Shown: piece by piece, positions 18,344 to 28,850 of the stretch
How the letters are laid out: every line of letters starts with the position of its first letter
How positions within the stretch are numbered: the first letter of the stretch is position 1
Assembly (NCBI GenBank): GCA_041690595.1
Contig: JAWLHB010000004.1
Coordinates: forward strand, 62,001 to 126,000
Source: Lentisphaeria bacterium
Lineage (GTDB): Bacteria > Verrucomicrobiota > Lentisphaeria > JABSQK01 > JAWLHB01
Reading direction: 5' to 3'
Length of the DNA: 64,000 bases
Notes under the pieces: generated by a model
The model's input: the letters and a program-made list of their open reading frames with translations, nothing else
Database searches by the model: none
Told to the model about the DNA's origin: nothing
Program-made: the position numbers and the translations under genes

Positions 18344-21300
18344 AAGCATACTGGTATCGTTTGATCGTCATCTTTCTGCTCGCATGCTTCCTTCGTGAGG
18401 CGAATGCGGAGCACGCTGTCCTGATGGTCTACCATCGTGGCAGCGACTGGGGGCCTGTACGCCGCCTCCAGCGGGAACTGGGCATGCAGGTTGCTGCAGC
18501 TAGTCACAAAGAACTCACGTGGGAACTGATCCGCCAGTTCAACGTCGTGCTGCTCTTCGACATGGGACGGGTAGATGAAGACGCTGTCGCCACCATCGGA
18601 CAGCGCTTTACAACGGAAGATCATGCGGCAATCGGTGACCTGCTCGAGCGTTTTGTGAAAGCGGGCGGGGGGGTGTACGTCTACAGCGTCTCGTTCGAGC
18701 ACATGGGAAACGGCACCGCCGCCGAATCGCTTAACCGCTTTCTGCGTCGCTTCGATGCGCAGGCTCCCTTCGAGCGCCTGCAGGATCCGGCTAACGAAGT
18801 GCGTCAGCCGGGTGGCCGCCAAGTGCTCTACGCCCGGGCCAGTCGTATCGTCGATCACCCGGTTACCGATGGCGTTGATGCCCTATGGTACGCCATCGGC
18901 CCCTTCACGTACGGCCCTTGGCTGCGCCCGCTGGTGCTTGGCGCCCCGTGGACGCCGCTTATCTTCACGTCCTCTGGATATGCATCGCAGCCGCTGGAAA
19001 ATTCCAGTGGGCGCCCTGCTCCTGTCGATGCGCCATCGGTGATCAGCGGCGAGCGCGCCTGTGTCTTTGCCGTGCGTGAGTACGGCAAGGGGCGGATCGT
19101 GCTCTATGGTGGAGAATCGACCACCTCCTTCTTTGGCTACGGCTACTCGGATTATGCTGATGAAGAGTGGCAGCGTATTCACATGGAGCGAGGTCTGAAC
19201 AACATCCCCAGCGACGGCTGGCGTCTTTTCGTCAACTCCCTGAACTGGTTAGGAGAGCCGAGTCAGAAGAGCGGCGAGCTTGGCGGCTTCCACGCTCCGC
19301 CAGCCGAGCCCCAAGATGCCCGTGTCGCAGCCCCTATGCTCTGGCGCGAGCCCTCCGCCAACCAAGGCCGGATTAGCTGGCAGCCCGGTTTTATCGCGGT
19401 CATAGACCCGGCTCGCGTAGGCGAGTTTGTCCAGAGCGCGCGGGCTCGCGGTATGTCATATTTTGTCGCCGGCTGCGATTTCGAGCAGGTGGAGGAGGGA
19501 AGCTGGCATCGGCTGCGGGACCAGGCCAGAGCACTTAGCGATGAGCACTTCGTCGTCATTCCCGCGGTCATGACACGTGATGAACTCGGCAACTCGTTCA
19601 TCACCGCGGGGCCGAAGGCGTGGCCGCAGCCCGAACGTCTGTCGGAGAACCATCCGCGCCGTCTCCGCGACCAGCTTGGCTATTGGATGCTGGATGCGGG
19701 TTTCCCCATGCGAATCGTCTTCAATTTGAGTGCCGGCGGCTATCCCGCTTGGTTGCACAGCGCGTACAACACCTTTGCCGTGCGCACTTGGCGGGATGGC
19801 GAGATCGTTGACGACGCGACAGCCCACTTCCGCCAGGTGCAGGAGCAAGGCGACAATGCACGGCCGGTGGCCGTTCACATCCTTTCCTCACCCGTAGCCT
19901 TGACCGCGGCCCGCGAGGTGACCTGGCTGCGGGCCAATAAACCAAACGATCTGCTGCACCAGCTCACTGTGCAAAACTATGACAATGGGCTTGCTTACGT
20001 GAGCACCGGACCGCGTATCGTGCAGTGGACGCTGGAGCATGGCCATCGGCAGACTTGGACTGAGGACTACGTGCCGGGGCGGGAACGCTGGCGCCTGCGG
20101 CTGGCCGTCGAGTCGGAGACGCCGCTCATGCAGGTCACAATCTTCGATAGCGTCCGTCCCATCCGTCGCTTCGCCATCAAGGGCACCAGCGCCAACCTGG
20201 TCGTCGACGGGCTGCACGATACCCGGCGCGTACTCTCGGCCGTGATCGAGGATGTCGATGGCAACCGGGCAGTAACCGACGCCCTGAGCAGCAGCGACGG
20301 ACGCTTCCGCCAGAGCTTCTGCAGCGACCGCTGCAATCTGATGGGCGGCTCGAGCTACATCCGGAAACGCGACGGTACCCTCGAACGCGTACACGCCTCC
20401 ACGACGCTCTGCAAAGCGGGCCGTCTCGGGGTGAGCACCGTCGGAGAAGGCGAAGAATTGCCTGGCATCGACGGCTCAGGCGGCGGCACGCTGTTCTCGC
20501 TGGCGGCCGTCCTCAACCTCTCTGCCGGGGAGCCGGAACTGACGGAAGTCCGCAGCATCCTCCACCGCATCGAGCGCCCTTGGGAGAGCGCCGACGGGCT
20601 CATATACCACACCCCCATCCTCAAGCGATCGTCCACCCGCCAGCACGACATCTTCGGGCATCGACCGTACGTACCACTGGCCGAGCCACGCCACCAGGCG
20701 ACCCTCACGCAGCACCATTATTATCGTTCGCCAATGTACCCTTCACCTGCGTTGGCGCGCTTTGCCATAACCGCTTCGGAGGACGTAACCACGACGGCGG
20801 GATGGAACAATTTTCACGTGCAGTTTGCATCCTCCTGGGGCGCCATTGCCGACTGGGTGCTCATGCGTCGCGACGGTAGCGTCCAGCGTGCCCCTGAAGG
20901 CGCCGACAAGAGCTGGAGGGGGCGCCTCGAGCCCGGCGACTCCATCTATTTTCCAGAACTCGGAGAGGGCCTCTTCGTGCGTGACGGCTATGCGGACGTG
21001 GTCATGCCCTGCGTTCCGGAGAAGAAGTGGTTTCGCCTCTATCTGGGCGTTCGCGAGCAGGTCAGCCTGAAAGCAGGTGAGACGCTGTCGCTGGAGACAA
21101 TCCTTGTGCGTGTGCGCCACGACGGCGAGCAAGGCATGGAAGAGTGGCGACGGTTCGGCACCCTCTATGGCCTGATGGGCGAGCCGGGCTACCAGGCGGA
21201 GGTCCAACTCGGCGAGACGCTCGACACCCGCTATCTATACACCGCCCGCGCCGAGAACAAGCGCTTTGCTGCCACCTTCCGAGGTGACCTCCCCCAGCGC

Positions 21301-21681
21301 CTGCCGGTCGTCGTTCACGGGCTGGACCCCGCCAGCACCGCGGGTCTGATCGACAATAAGCGCCGCCTGTGGATTCCCTTGGCGGTTGTCGATGGGGTTG
21401 CCCGTACCACGCTCGCGGTCGATGGTGAAGCGCGGGAGATCCTCATCGCCAATCTCTTGGAGTCCGACAACCCAAACTTGACGCTGACCCTGCTTCCCGG
21501 CAACGCGGCCGGCAGCCTCCGCGCCGCGGTCCATAATTCAACCCGCACTGCCATACGGGCTACCCTTCGCGTACCGGTCACCACCTGGCTGGCCCCTGCC
21601 CAGTCCCAGACCATGCTGGTGCCGCCAATGTCGACTCTGGGAATACTCCTTCAACCCCACCAATCGGAGATCGTACCATGA
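18340..21681 (+). CDS. Large secreted multidomain protein (possible GATase-like N-terminal and PHP-like central domains)
   Basis: 1113 aa, signal peptide, REYGKGRIVL and YVSTGPRI segments. Confidence 0.7.
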   Translation: MKAYWYRLIVIFLLACFLREANAEHAVLMVYHRGSDWGPVRRLQRELGMQVAAASHKELTWELIRQFNVVLLFDMGRVDEDAVATIGQRFTTEDHAAIGDLLERFVKAGGGVYVYSVSFEHMGNGTAAESLNRFLRRFDAQAPFERLQDPANEVRQPGGRQVLYARASRIVDHPVTDGVDALWYAIGPFTYGPWLRPLVLGAPWTPLIFTSSGYASQPLENSSGRPAPVDAPSVISGERACVFAVREYGKGRIVLYGGESTTSFFGYGYSDYADEEWQRIHMERGLNNIPSDGWRLFVNSLNWLGEPSQKSGELGGFHAPPAEPQDARVAAPMLWREPSANQGRISWQPGFIAVIDPARVGEFVQSARARGMSYFVAGCDFEQVEEGSWHRLRDQARALSDEHFVVIPAVMTRDELGNSFITAGPKAWPQPERLSENHPRRLRDQLGYWMLDAGFPMRIVFNLSAGGYPAWLHSAYNTFAVRTWRDGEIVDDATAHFRQVQEQGDNARPVAVHILSSPVALTAAREVTWLRANKPNDLLHQLTVQNYDNGLAYVSTGPRIVQWTLEHGHRQTWTEDYVPGRERWRLRLAVESETPLMQVTIFDSVRPIRRFAIKGTSANLVVDGLHDTRRVLSAVIEDVDGNRAVTDALSSSDGRFRQSFCSDRCNLMGGSSYIRKRDGTLERVHASTTLCKAGRLGVSTVGEGEELPGIDGSGGGTLFSLAAVLNLSAGEPELTEVRSILHRIERPWESADGLIYHTPILKRSSTRQHDIFGHRPYVPLAEPRHQATLTQHHYYRSPMYPSPALARFAITASEDVTTTAGWNNFHVQFASSWGAIADWVLMRRDGSVQRAPEGADKSWRGRLEPGDSIYFPELGEGLFVRDGYADVVMPCVPEKKWFRLYLGVREQVSLKAGETLSLETILVRVRHDGEQGMEEWRRFGTLYGLMGEPGYQAEVQLGETLDTRYLYTARAENKRFAATFRGDLPQRLPVVVHGLDPASTAGLIDNKRRLWIPLAVVDGVARTTLAVDGEAREILIANLLESDNPNLTLTLLPGNAAGSLRAAVHNSTRTAIRATLRVPVTTWLAPAQSQTMLVPPMSTLGILLQPHQSEIVP

Positions 21682-21758
21682 ACGCGACCACCGGGAAAAT
21701 ACACCGCTTCACCTTGATTGAGCTTCTGGTGGTCGTCGCTATTATTTCAAGTGGATGA
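21678..21758 (+). pseudogene. Truncated prepilin-type N-terminal methylation protein
   Basis: MNATTGKIHRFTLIELLVVVAIISSG*; stops right after the FTLIELLVV motif; ATGA overlap with upstream gene. Confidence 0.75.
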
Positions 21759-22026
21759 CTGGTCTGACTGCAGGCTGGGTGCCCATCTCCTCCTTTAACC
21801 TGCATTGAACCGCAAAGGAGTATCGATGCCCGACCAACTTTGGAGCGCTCCGGCCGGAAAAAAGCCCGAATCGTAAATCAGCGATTCCGAGGCGGAAGCT
21901 CTTACTGTTGTCACCTTAGATGGGCAGGTCTGCTCGCGGGAGACTTTGCGGCAGTGAACATCGCCCTATTGGCCGATGCAGTCATGGCATGAGCCAGCTG
22001 CTCGATTCACTGTCTTCATGAGGAAT

Positions 22027-22066
22027 GCCCTGGCTGGCTCCCAACCCGCGGGGAGCCAGTCAGGGC
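22027..22066 (-). terminator. Hairpin downstream of phoU
   Basis: GCCCTGGCTGGCTCCC / GGGAGCCAGTCAGGGC, 16-bp stem with one mismatch; weak U-tract. Confidence 0.6.
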
Positions 22067-22078
22067 GGGGGGATAGGG

Positions 22079-22738
22079 CTATTTGGGGCCGAGTATGGCG
22101 CGGCGGCGGTGGCGGGCGATCTCGCCGGTTACCAGATAGATGACGTCCTTGGCGATGCTGGCGGCATGATCCGCCATACGCTCGGTATGGCGGACGTGCT
22201 CGATGGCCTGGAGCAGGTTTTCGGTCGCCGGCCGATCCAGCATACGTTGGCGGAGCATGCCCAGTAAGCCGCAGGCCACCTTGTCCAGTTCCTGGTCATT
22301 GTGCCAGGTTTGCTTGGCCAGGTTGTCGTCCTGCTCCTGGAAGCTGCGGATAGCATCGTCCACGGCGCGTTCGGCGAGCGCGGCAAGGTGAGTCATGGCT
22401 TCGCCGGCGCCCGTGCAGTCAGCCGCCAGGGCTTCCGGCGTGAGCTTTAGTTTGGCGATGCTCTCAGCCAGATCGGCGATCCGTTCCAACTCGTGATTGA
22501 CCTTGACGATCGCCATCACCTTGCGCAGATCGTCGGCGACAGGCTGGTGCAGGGCAATGGTCTTCAGGCATTCTTCCTCGATTCGCACTTCCTGCCGGTC
22601 GATGACGCGGTCGTCGATGACCGCGTCCGCACCTTCCGGCGGAATCAGGGCGAGCCGGACATGTTGCCGGACTTGCTCCATTTCCGCCGAAAGCAGGTCG
22701 TAGACGAGTTGGAGGTCACGTTCGTAGTGTGCTTTCAC
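22079..22738 (-). CDS. phoU: Phosphate signalling protein PhoU
   Basis: ALHQPVADDLR, ELERIADLA, ERMADHA..IAKDVIYLVTG. Confidence 0.95.
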   Translation of the reverse strand: MKAHYERDLQLVYDLLSAEMEQVRQHVRLALIPPEGADAVIDDRVIDRQEVRIEEECLKTIALHQPVADDLRKVMAIVKVNHELERIADLAESIAKLKLTPEALAADCTGAGEAMTHLAALAERAVDDAIRSFQEQDDNLAKQTWHNDQELDKVACGLLGMLRQRMLDRPATENLLQAIEHVRHTERMADHAASIAKDVIYLVTGEIARHRRRAILGPK

Positions 22739-22770
22739 TGGTCAGACTCCTGCACGGATGAGTGCGTCCA

Positions 22771-23383
22771 TTAGTTGCCGGCACGCAGATAAGCGTCAAT
22801 GGTCTCGGCGTCGGGCGCTTTCACCGTGATGCGGCCGGGGCCGGCGCCGGGGCGGACGACGTGNNNNNNNNNNNNNNNNNNNNNNNNNNNNNNNNNNNNN
22901 NNNNNNNNNNNNNNNNNNNNNNNNNNNNNNNNNNNNNNNNNNNNNNNNNNNNNNNNNNNNNNNCTTGGCAAGCTCGCCGTGCGCTTCGTAGTCGGCCAGT
23001 TCCTTGGCCCCTTCCAGGAAGACCCAGAGGCGACCGTCTTCCATCTTGACGACGAAGCCGGGCTTGCTGAGCATGTAGAGATCAATGGTCTCGGCGTCGG
23101 GCGCTTTCACCGTGATGCGGCCGGGGCCGGCGCCGGGGCGGACGACGTGCTTGGCAAGCTCGCCGTGCGCTTCGTAGTCGGCCAGTTCCTTGGCCCCTTC
23201 CAGGAAGACCCAGAGGCGACCGTCTTCCATCTTGACGACGAAGCCGGGGCGTTCGTAAGGAGCGAGCGGTGATTTGGCGCTATCGCCAGTGGAGGATGGT
23301 TGTGCGGCGTGGGTCGAGGTTGTGGAGCATCCGGTGAAGACCATCAGCAAGAGGGCCATCAGGGCGAGTGAACGATTCAGCAT
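22771..23383 (-). CDS. Lipoprotein made of 62-aa tandem repeats (spans assembly gap)
   Basis: Lipobox FTGC; repeat PGFVVKMEDGRLWVFLEGAKELADYEAHGELAKHVVRPGAGPGRITVKAPDAETID. Confidence 0.8.
22796..23248. repeat. 186-bp tandem direct repeat, identical where comparable, at least 2 copies
   Basis: CCATCTTGACGACGAAGCCGGG at 23041 and 23227; 22796-22863 recurs at 23082-23149. Confidence 0.9.
22864..22963. other. Assembly gap (100 N)
   Basis: Run of N; its flanks are contiguous in the neighbouring repeat copy. Confidence 0.99.
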
Positions 23384-23447
23384 GGTACGGTTTTCCTTTT
23401 GTGGTGTGTTCATTTGAGTTACGTCTTTCGCGAGTGGAGGGTGGACA

Positions 23448-24320
23448 TCAACCGAAACGGCCGGTTACGTAATCGAGGGTTTCCGGGAGGTGGGGGTTCT
23501 GGAAGATCGTGGCGGTGGGACCGTGCTCGATCAAATGGCCGAGATACATAAACGCGGTGTAATCGCTGGCTCGGGATGCCTGCTGCATGTTGTGAGTGAC
23601 GATCAGGATGGTATATTGCCCCTTGAGTTGTTCGAGCAGGTTCTCGATGTGGATGGTGGCGATCGGGTCGAGGGCCGAGCAGGGTTCGTCCATCAGCAGC
23701 ACTTCGGGTTCCGCGGCGATGGCGCGTGCGATACAGAGGCGCTGTTGCTGGCCACCGGAGAGACTCAACGCGCTTTCGTTCAGCCGATCCTTGACCTCTT
23801 CCCAGAGGGCCGCGCCGCGCAGGCTGCGCTCGCAGACTTCGTTGAGCAGGCTCCGGTTGTTCTCGCCATCGATGCGCAGGGAGAAGATGACGTTTTCGAA
23901 TATGCTCATGGGGAAAGGATTGGGCTTCTGGAAGACCATGCCCATGCGCTTGCGCAGTTCAATCACGTCGATGCCGGGCCGGTAGATATCTTCGCCGTTG
24001 AGCAGCATGTCACCCCCCACTCTCACCGAGTCGATGAGGTCGTTGATGCGGTTGACGGAGCGCAGCAAGGTAGACTTACCGCAGCCAGATGGGCCAACAA
24101 GAGCGGTTACCTTGCCGACAGGCACCCCCAGGTTCACATCGTGCAGCGCTTGCACATCCCCGTACCACAGGCAGAAGTCTTTGGTCTCCATCGTCATTGT
24201 TTCCCCGGCCAGCTCGGCGTGCGTTTCGGTGGGGAATCTCTCCCCCCGGGCAATCGCCTTAAGACGCGTCTCCTTCTTCTCTACGCTGTTTGTCTGGATG
24301 TTGTTGGCTCTTGTGGTCAT
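23448..24320 (-). CDS. pstB: Phosphate ABC transporter ATPase
   Basis: [40 protein letters not shown]. Confidence 0.97.
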   Translation of the reverse strand: MTTRANNIQTNSVEKKETRLKAIARGERFPTETHAELAGETMTMETKDFCLWYGDVQALHDVNLGVPVGKVTALVGPSGCGKSTLLRSVNRINDLIDSVRVGGDMLLNGEDIYRPGIDVIELRKRMGMVFQKPNPFPMSIFENVIFSLRIDGENNRSLLNEVCERSLRGAALWEEVKDRLNESALSLSGGQQQRLCIARAIAAEPEVLLMDEPCSALDPIATIHIENLLEQLKGQYTILIVTHNMQQASRASDYTAFMYLGHLIEHGPTATIFQNPHLPETLDYVTGRFG

Positions 24321-24358
24321 GCGTATATCGTCCTTCGTAAGAGATAGTCGTCAGCGAG

Positions 24359-26092
24359 TTAGACGGCGGAGCCGGCAAATCTGCGGCGGAGGCGACCGCG
24401 GATATAGATGCCGATTGCATTGAGAATCAGGATCACCCCAATCAACAGCAAGGTGGTGGTGAAGACCATTGGCTTGGCGGCCTCGCTGTTCTGGCTCTGG
24501 AAACCGAGATCGTAGATGTGAAAGCCCAGATGCATGAAGCTGCGCTCGAGGTGGAAATACGGAAAGATGCCGTCCAACGGCAGTTCAGGAGCCAGCTTGA
24601 CGGCGCCGACCAACATGAGCGGGGCCACTTCGCCCGCGCCGCGGGCCATGGCGAGGATCATGCCGGTCATCACACCAGGCATCGCGCGCGGCAGGACGAT
24701 TCGGCGAATCGTCTGCCATTTGCTCGCGCCGCAGGCATAGGCGCCTTCGCGCATCGAGCCGGGAACGGCCGCCAGTGCTTCTTCGGTGGCGACGATGACG
24801 ACCGGCAAGGTCAGCAGGGCGAGGGTCAGCGAGGCCCAGAGGATGCCGCCGGTCCCATAGGTCGGGCTGGGCAGCTTCTCGGCGAAGAAGATCCAGTCAA
24901 TTCGCCCACCGATAATATAGGAAAAAAAGCCGAGACCGAAGACGCCGAAAACAATGCTGGGTACGCCGGCAAGGTTGTTGATGGCGATGCGCACACCGCT
25001 GACCACTGCGCCGGCTTTGGCGTATTCGCGCAGGTAGAGCGCGGCGAGCACCCCGAAGGGCGCCACAACCAACGCCATGATCAGGGTCATCATCACGGTA
25101 CCGAAGATAGCCGGCCAGACGCCCCCTTCGCTGTTGGCTTCTCGTGGCTCTTCCGAAAGGAATTCCCACCAGCGTGACAGATAGATGCCCACCTTATTTA
25201 CGAAGGAGAGATGATTGGCCGGATAAGCGCGAACGATATCAGCCATGCCCAGATCGACCTTCTGCTCGCCACTGGTAAGCAGCCGCATCTTGAAGCGGTC
25301 GTTCTCCGTGTTGATGCTGAGGATTTCCGCGGTAATGGACTCAAACTTCTCCTGGCTGATTCGCTCGATCTCTTTGTACTCGGCCAGCTGCTGTTCGTAG
25401 ACCTCCGACTCTTTGCCGTGGTCGAGTTCTGTTTTGCGCAGCGCCAACCGGTTCTTTTCCAGCCGGTGATTGATCTTGCCGATGTCTTCCTTCTCCAGCA
25501 CGCGCCGTCGGTCCCAGCGCTTGCGCACCTCCGGATGATGCTCCTCGTACAACCGCCAGATGTCAACGGGGTCGGTGGCGACCGCCTCGCCATCGATCAG
25601 GAAGGCGGCAGGTATGCCGTAGAAGCGGCCCCAGGATTGGCGCTCGATCACGAGAGCCCACTCGGGCAGGGACTCGCCATCCTCGGCGATCTCATAGTCG
25701 CTGACCCAGTTAAAATGCTCGCTTGTCAACTCGAAGTTGCCGGTGCGCAGGAGGCGGCGATGGGCGACTCCGCCACGTGCATCGATGTCCGCTTGCGCCG
25801 TGGCGCGCACCTCTTCAGGGAGCCGCTCCAAGGCGGTGGGCGCCGGCTCGTAGGTGTTGTGGCGGGTCACTTCGCCAAGGTGCGTCGTCCCGGAGACGGT
25901 CTCGATTTCGACCAGCGCCGTCGGCCAGAAGGTGGTAAAACCCTTGTAGGCGACGAAAACCAGCAACGTGGCAATCATAGTCACGGAGAGGATGAGCGCG
26001 CCGCCAGTCAGCCAAAGGGAGGCTTCCCCGTGCGCCATGACATTGGAGGCCGGCGTGCCCCGCCGCGTGGGCTTTTTCTCTTGTTTGTTCAT
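24359..26092 (-). CDS. pstA: Phosphate ABC permease PstA with large periplasmic insert
   Basis: PREANSEGG, NNLAGVPSIVFG, ARGAGEVAPL. Confidence 0.95.
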   Translation of the reverse strand: MNKQEKKPTRRGTPASNVMAHGEASLWLTGGALILSVTMIATLLVFVAYKGFTTFWPTALVEIETVSGTTHLGEVTRHNTYEPAPTALERLPEEVRATAQADIDARGGVAHRRLLRTGNFELTSEHFNWVSDYEIAEDGESLPEWALVIERQSWGRFYGIPAAFLIDGEAVATDPVDIWRLYEEHHPEVRKRWDRRRVLEKEDIGKINHRLEKNRLALRKTELDHGKESEVYEQQLAEYKEIERISQEKFESITAEILSINTENDRFKMRLLTSGEQKVDLGMADIVRAYPANHLSFVNKVGIYLSRWWEFLSEEPREANSEGGVWPAIFGTVMMTLIMALVVAPFGVLAALYLREYAKAGAVVSGVRIAINNLAGVPSIVFGVFGLGFFSYIIGGRIDWIFFAEKLPSPTYGTGGILWASLTLALLTLPVVIVATEEALAAVPGSMREGAYACGASKWQTIRRIVLPRAMPGVMTGMILAMARGAGEVAPLMLVGAVKLAPELPLDGIFPYFHLERSFMHLGFHIYDLGFQSQNSEAAKPMVFTTTLLLIGVILILNAIGIYIRGRLRRRFAGSAV

Positions 26093-26118
26093 GGTATATC
26101 CTTTGACTCTGCAAGGCG

Positions 26119-28731
26119 TCAGAGTTGGTAAGCACGTTTACGAACGCGTTGGCGAATCAACTCCGCGCCGGTATTGAGGAAGAAGGTCATCGCGAAGAGC
26201 GTCAAGGCCGCCAGGAAGAGCATGCGGTAATGAGTGGAGTCCTTGACGGCTTCGGGCAGCTCCACGGCGATATTGGCGGAGAGGGTGCGGAAACCGTTGA
26301 ACATGTTCCACTCCATCACCGGCGTGTTGCCGGCCGCCATCAGCACGATCATCGTTTCGCCGACCGCGCGTCCCAGGCCGATCATCACCGCCGAAAAGAT
26401 GCCGCTGGCGGCGGTTGGTACGATAATGCGCATGGCCGTCTGCCACGGCGTCGCCCCGGCGCCCAAGGCCGCCGCCCGCAAGGCCTCCGGCACCGAACTC
26501 AGGGCGTCTTCCGAGAGCGTGTATATAATCGGAATGACCGCAAAGCCCATGACAAAACCCACAATGAGCGCATTGCGCTGGACATACGTGCCCATGATGC
26601 TTCCGCGGGGATCCCAGCCGAGGACGGCGGCCATCACCCAGCCGATCAGCGCTGCGACGGCAATCACCACCGCGGCGCTGGCCAGGTACCGGAACAACTC
26701 CACCAACGTGAACTTCTGCCGCGACCAAGTGCTGGTGATCCGCCGCCAGGGTGCCTGCAACCAGCGATTGTAGGCAAGCGCGAAGATCAGCGCGGTGGCG
26801 GGCAGCACGATGATCAGCCAACCGCCGGCACCGGAACCGGGCTGATTGGCCAGCCAGAGCTTGATGTCACCAGCAAAGAGCAGGGACTCGACCAGCGGCC
26901 CGGTCCACAGAGCCAGCACGGCCCCGATCGCCATCACAATGCCAATGGCCACCAGCCGGTACCGGCGCAACGGCGTCAACAGCTCATGCGGCATCAACTG
27001 CCACAGGAACGCCCCCAGCAGCAATATCATCGGGATCATGATAAAGGAACTGAGGATCGCGGGAACCACCTCTTCCGCGACAGGTGCTATGACCAGGGCC
27101 GCCAGAAAGCCGAGCACGACGCTGGGCAGGCTCGCCATCATCTCGATGGTCGGCTTGATCCTGGCGCGCAGCTTCGGCTGCATGATCTCGCTTGTGTAGA
27201 CCGCGGCCAGCAGCGCCAGCGGTACCGCGAAAACCATGGCATAGATTGTCGCTTTGATCGTACCGAAGATCAGCGGCATCAGCCCATACTTGGGCTCGAA
27301 ATCGTCCGTGCCACTGGAGGACTGCCAGACGTGTTCGGGTTCGGTATAGCCCTCGTACCAGATCTTGCCGAAGATCGCGCCAACGCTGACCTCCGGGTGC
27401 GGAACGTTCATCTTCCATCCCCCCAGTCCAGACTTGTCGATGGCGTAAATGGCATCGTCCTTGGGCGCCATGGTCACGGCGCTGATACCGTGCCCGGTCT
27501 CACCCGGCAGCGTCGCGATCCGGTTGTTCGTGGGTGCATAATACAGGTGTACCTTTCCGTCGGCATCGCCAGCGACCAGCATCCGCGACCGCGCTGAGGC
27601 AATGATCGCCGTGATGGCTGCATCCGCGGGGGGCAGCTCATGCCCCTTCACCAGCAGAGCACCGTCAATCGTTTCCGCACCGTCCGGCTTGATGCGGAAC
27701 CAGACGCCCAGACGCCCTTTGGCGTCGCCGGTCACCAGCGACGTCTTGCCGATGAGAAATCCTGCCCTGGTAAGCTCCACGCCAGCTTCCGGCACTACGT
27801 CCAAAGTCTCGGCGAGGGACATATCGTCTGCCTGGCGGGTGTCGAAGCGCTGAAGCTCACCGTCCCTCCAGGCGAGCAGGATGTTGTCGCCCTGCCCGGC
27901 AAGCCCCAGCCAGAAGGGCTGGCTGTCATCCACCTGCTGCTTGACCGGGAGGCTGCCACCGAAGAGCTTGACCGTTACCTTACCCGTCATCAGGTTCCTC
28001 GACTGGCTGACCTCGGCCAGGTGCAGAGTACCGGATGCCGTATAGGCCGCAACGACAGGGCCGGAGTTCTTGAAGGACAAGTCGAGCAGCCGGATCGCGC
28101 TGCCGGGCTCCAGTTCCGTCACCGTCTCCAGAGAGAGGCTCAGGCTCTGCAGCCGGTACTGGCCTTCCAGCGTGAGTTCCAGAACCCCGTCGCGGAATAC
28201 AGCCGGCCCTTCTGCGACTGCTGCATTGATCTCAGCCGGCACATCTTCATCTTCGATAAATCGGGTGGCAAACGACAGGGACCCGATCTGTACCGAGCCA
28301 TCCTCAAAACCAGCTACGAAGTCCCCGTCGCGTCCAGAGAACACCCATGCCGATGGCTTCCTCTCCTCAAACGGTCGCATGGTCGACAAAACCTTGCCAG
28401 TCTCCAGGTCGACAATGGTGACCCTGCCTTCCTTGCTCGCCACCCAGGCCATGGTCTGGTACTCGTTCACCTCCAGATGGAGAGGATTTCCGTAGGGAGA
28501 GATCTCCCCGGCGGCGAAGTCGATCGGTGTGACGCTCGGCGGCAGGAACATCGGGATGACCACGGCCACGAGAAAGACGCAGACCAGAGTGACGGCGGCA
28601 ATCGTCGACAGGCCGCCCAGCGTGATGACGCCGCGGGCGATGACATTCGACGCTTTGACCGCAAAGGTCGTCTTGCGGCGCCGCTGGCGTCCTGAAAAGG
28701 TCGATTTCTCGGTTTGTTCCGGGGTTTCCAT
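26119..28731 (-). CDS. pstC: Phosphate ABC permease PstC with beta-propeller-like periplasmic domain
   Basis: WQSSSGTDDFEPK, IKPTIEMMASLPSVV, GRAVGETMIV, RTLSANIAVE. Confidence 0.95.
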   Translation of the reverse strand: METPEQTEKSTFSGRQRRRKTTFAVKASNVIARGVITLGGLSTIAAVTLVCVFLVAVVIPMFLPPSVTPIDFAAGEISPYGNPLHLEVNEYQTMAWVASKEGRVTIVDLETGKVLSTMRPFEERKPSAWVFSGRDGDFVAGFEDGSVQIGSLSFATRFIEDEDVPAEINAAVAEGPAVFRDGVLELTLEGQYRLQSLSLSLETVTELEPGSAIRLLDLSFKNSGPVVAAYTASGTLHLAEVSQSRNLMTGKVTVKLFGGSLPVKQQVDDSQPFWLGLAGQGDNILLAWRDGELQRFDTRQADDMSLAETLDVVPEAGVELTRAGFLIGKTSLVTGDAKGRLGVWFRIKPDGAETIDGALLVKGHELPPADAAITAIIASARSRMLVAGDADGKVHLYYAPTNNRIATLPGETGHGISAVTMAPKDDAIYAIDKSGLGGWKMNVPHPEVSVGAIFGKIWYEGYTEPEHVWQSSSGTDDFEPKYGLMPLIFGTIKATIYAMVFAVPLALLAAVYTSEIMQPKLRARIKPTIEMMASLPSVVLGFLAALVIAPVAEEVVPAILSSFIMIPMILLLGAFLWQLMPHELLTPLRRYRLVAIGIVMAIGAVLALWTGPLVESLLFAGDIKLWLANQPGSGAGGWLIIVLPATALIFALAYNRWLQAPWRRITSTWSRQKFTLVELFRYLASAAVVIAVAALIGWVMAAVLGWDPRGSIMGTYVQRNALIVGFVMGFAVIPIIYTLSEDALSSVPEALRAAALGAGATPWQTAMRIIVPTAASGIFSAVMIGLGRAVGETMIVLMAAGNTPVMEWNMFNGFRTLSANIAVELPEAVKDSTHYRMLFLAALTLFAMTFFLNTGAELIRQRVRKRAYQL

Positions 28732-28801
28732 ACTGCCTCAGTAGTCGTTCGGAAAGTATCGGTAGGTATTGATTTGCACGTAAGAAATTGGCAGGCAACA
28801 C

Positions 28802-28834
28802 TGGCGGGGTGATGGGATCGCCACCACCCCGCCA
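28802..28834 (-). terminator. Stem-loop between pstS and pstC (mRNA stabiliser or attenuator)
   Basis: TGGCGGGGTG...CACCCCGCCA 10-bp stem. Confidence 0.6.
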
Positions 28835-28850
28835 TCATCGAGCGGGTTCG

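Noticed and set aside
21815..21876. 16-codon ORF MPDQLWSAPAGKKPES after AAGGAG
   Set aside because: Too short to support; probably a remnant
18253..21915. TTGTCACC at 18253 and 21908 as a target-site duplication
   Set aside because: 8-mer match may be chance; no transposase or terminal inverted repeats, and it does not coincide with the prepilin breakpoint
22796..23248. Repeat as CRISPR array or real frameshift
   Set aside because: In-frame 186-bp coding repeat without spacers; the frame change comes from the 100-N placeholder
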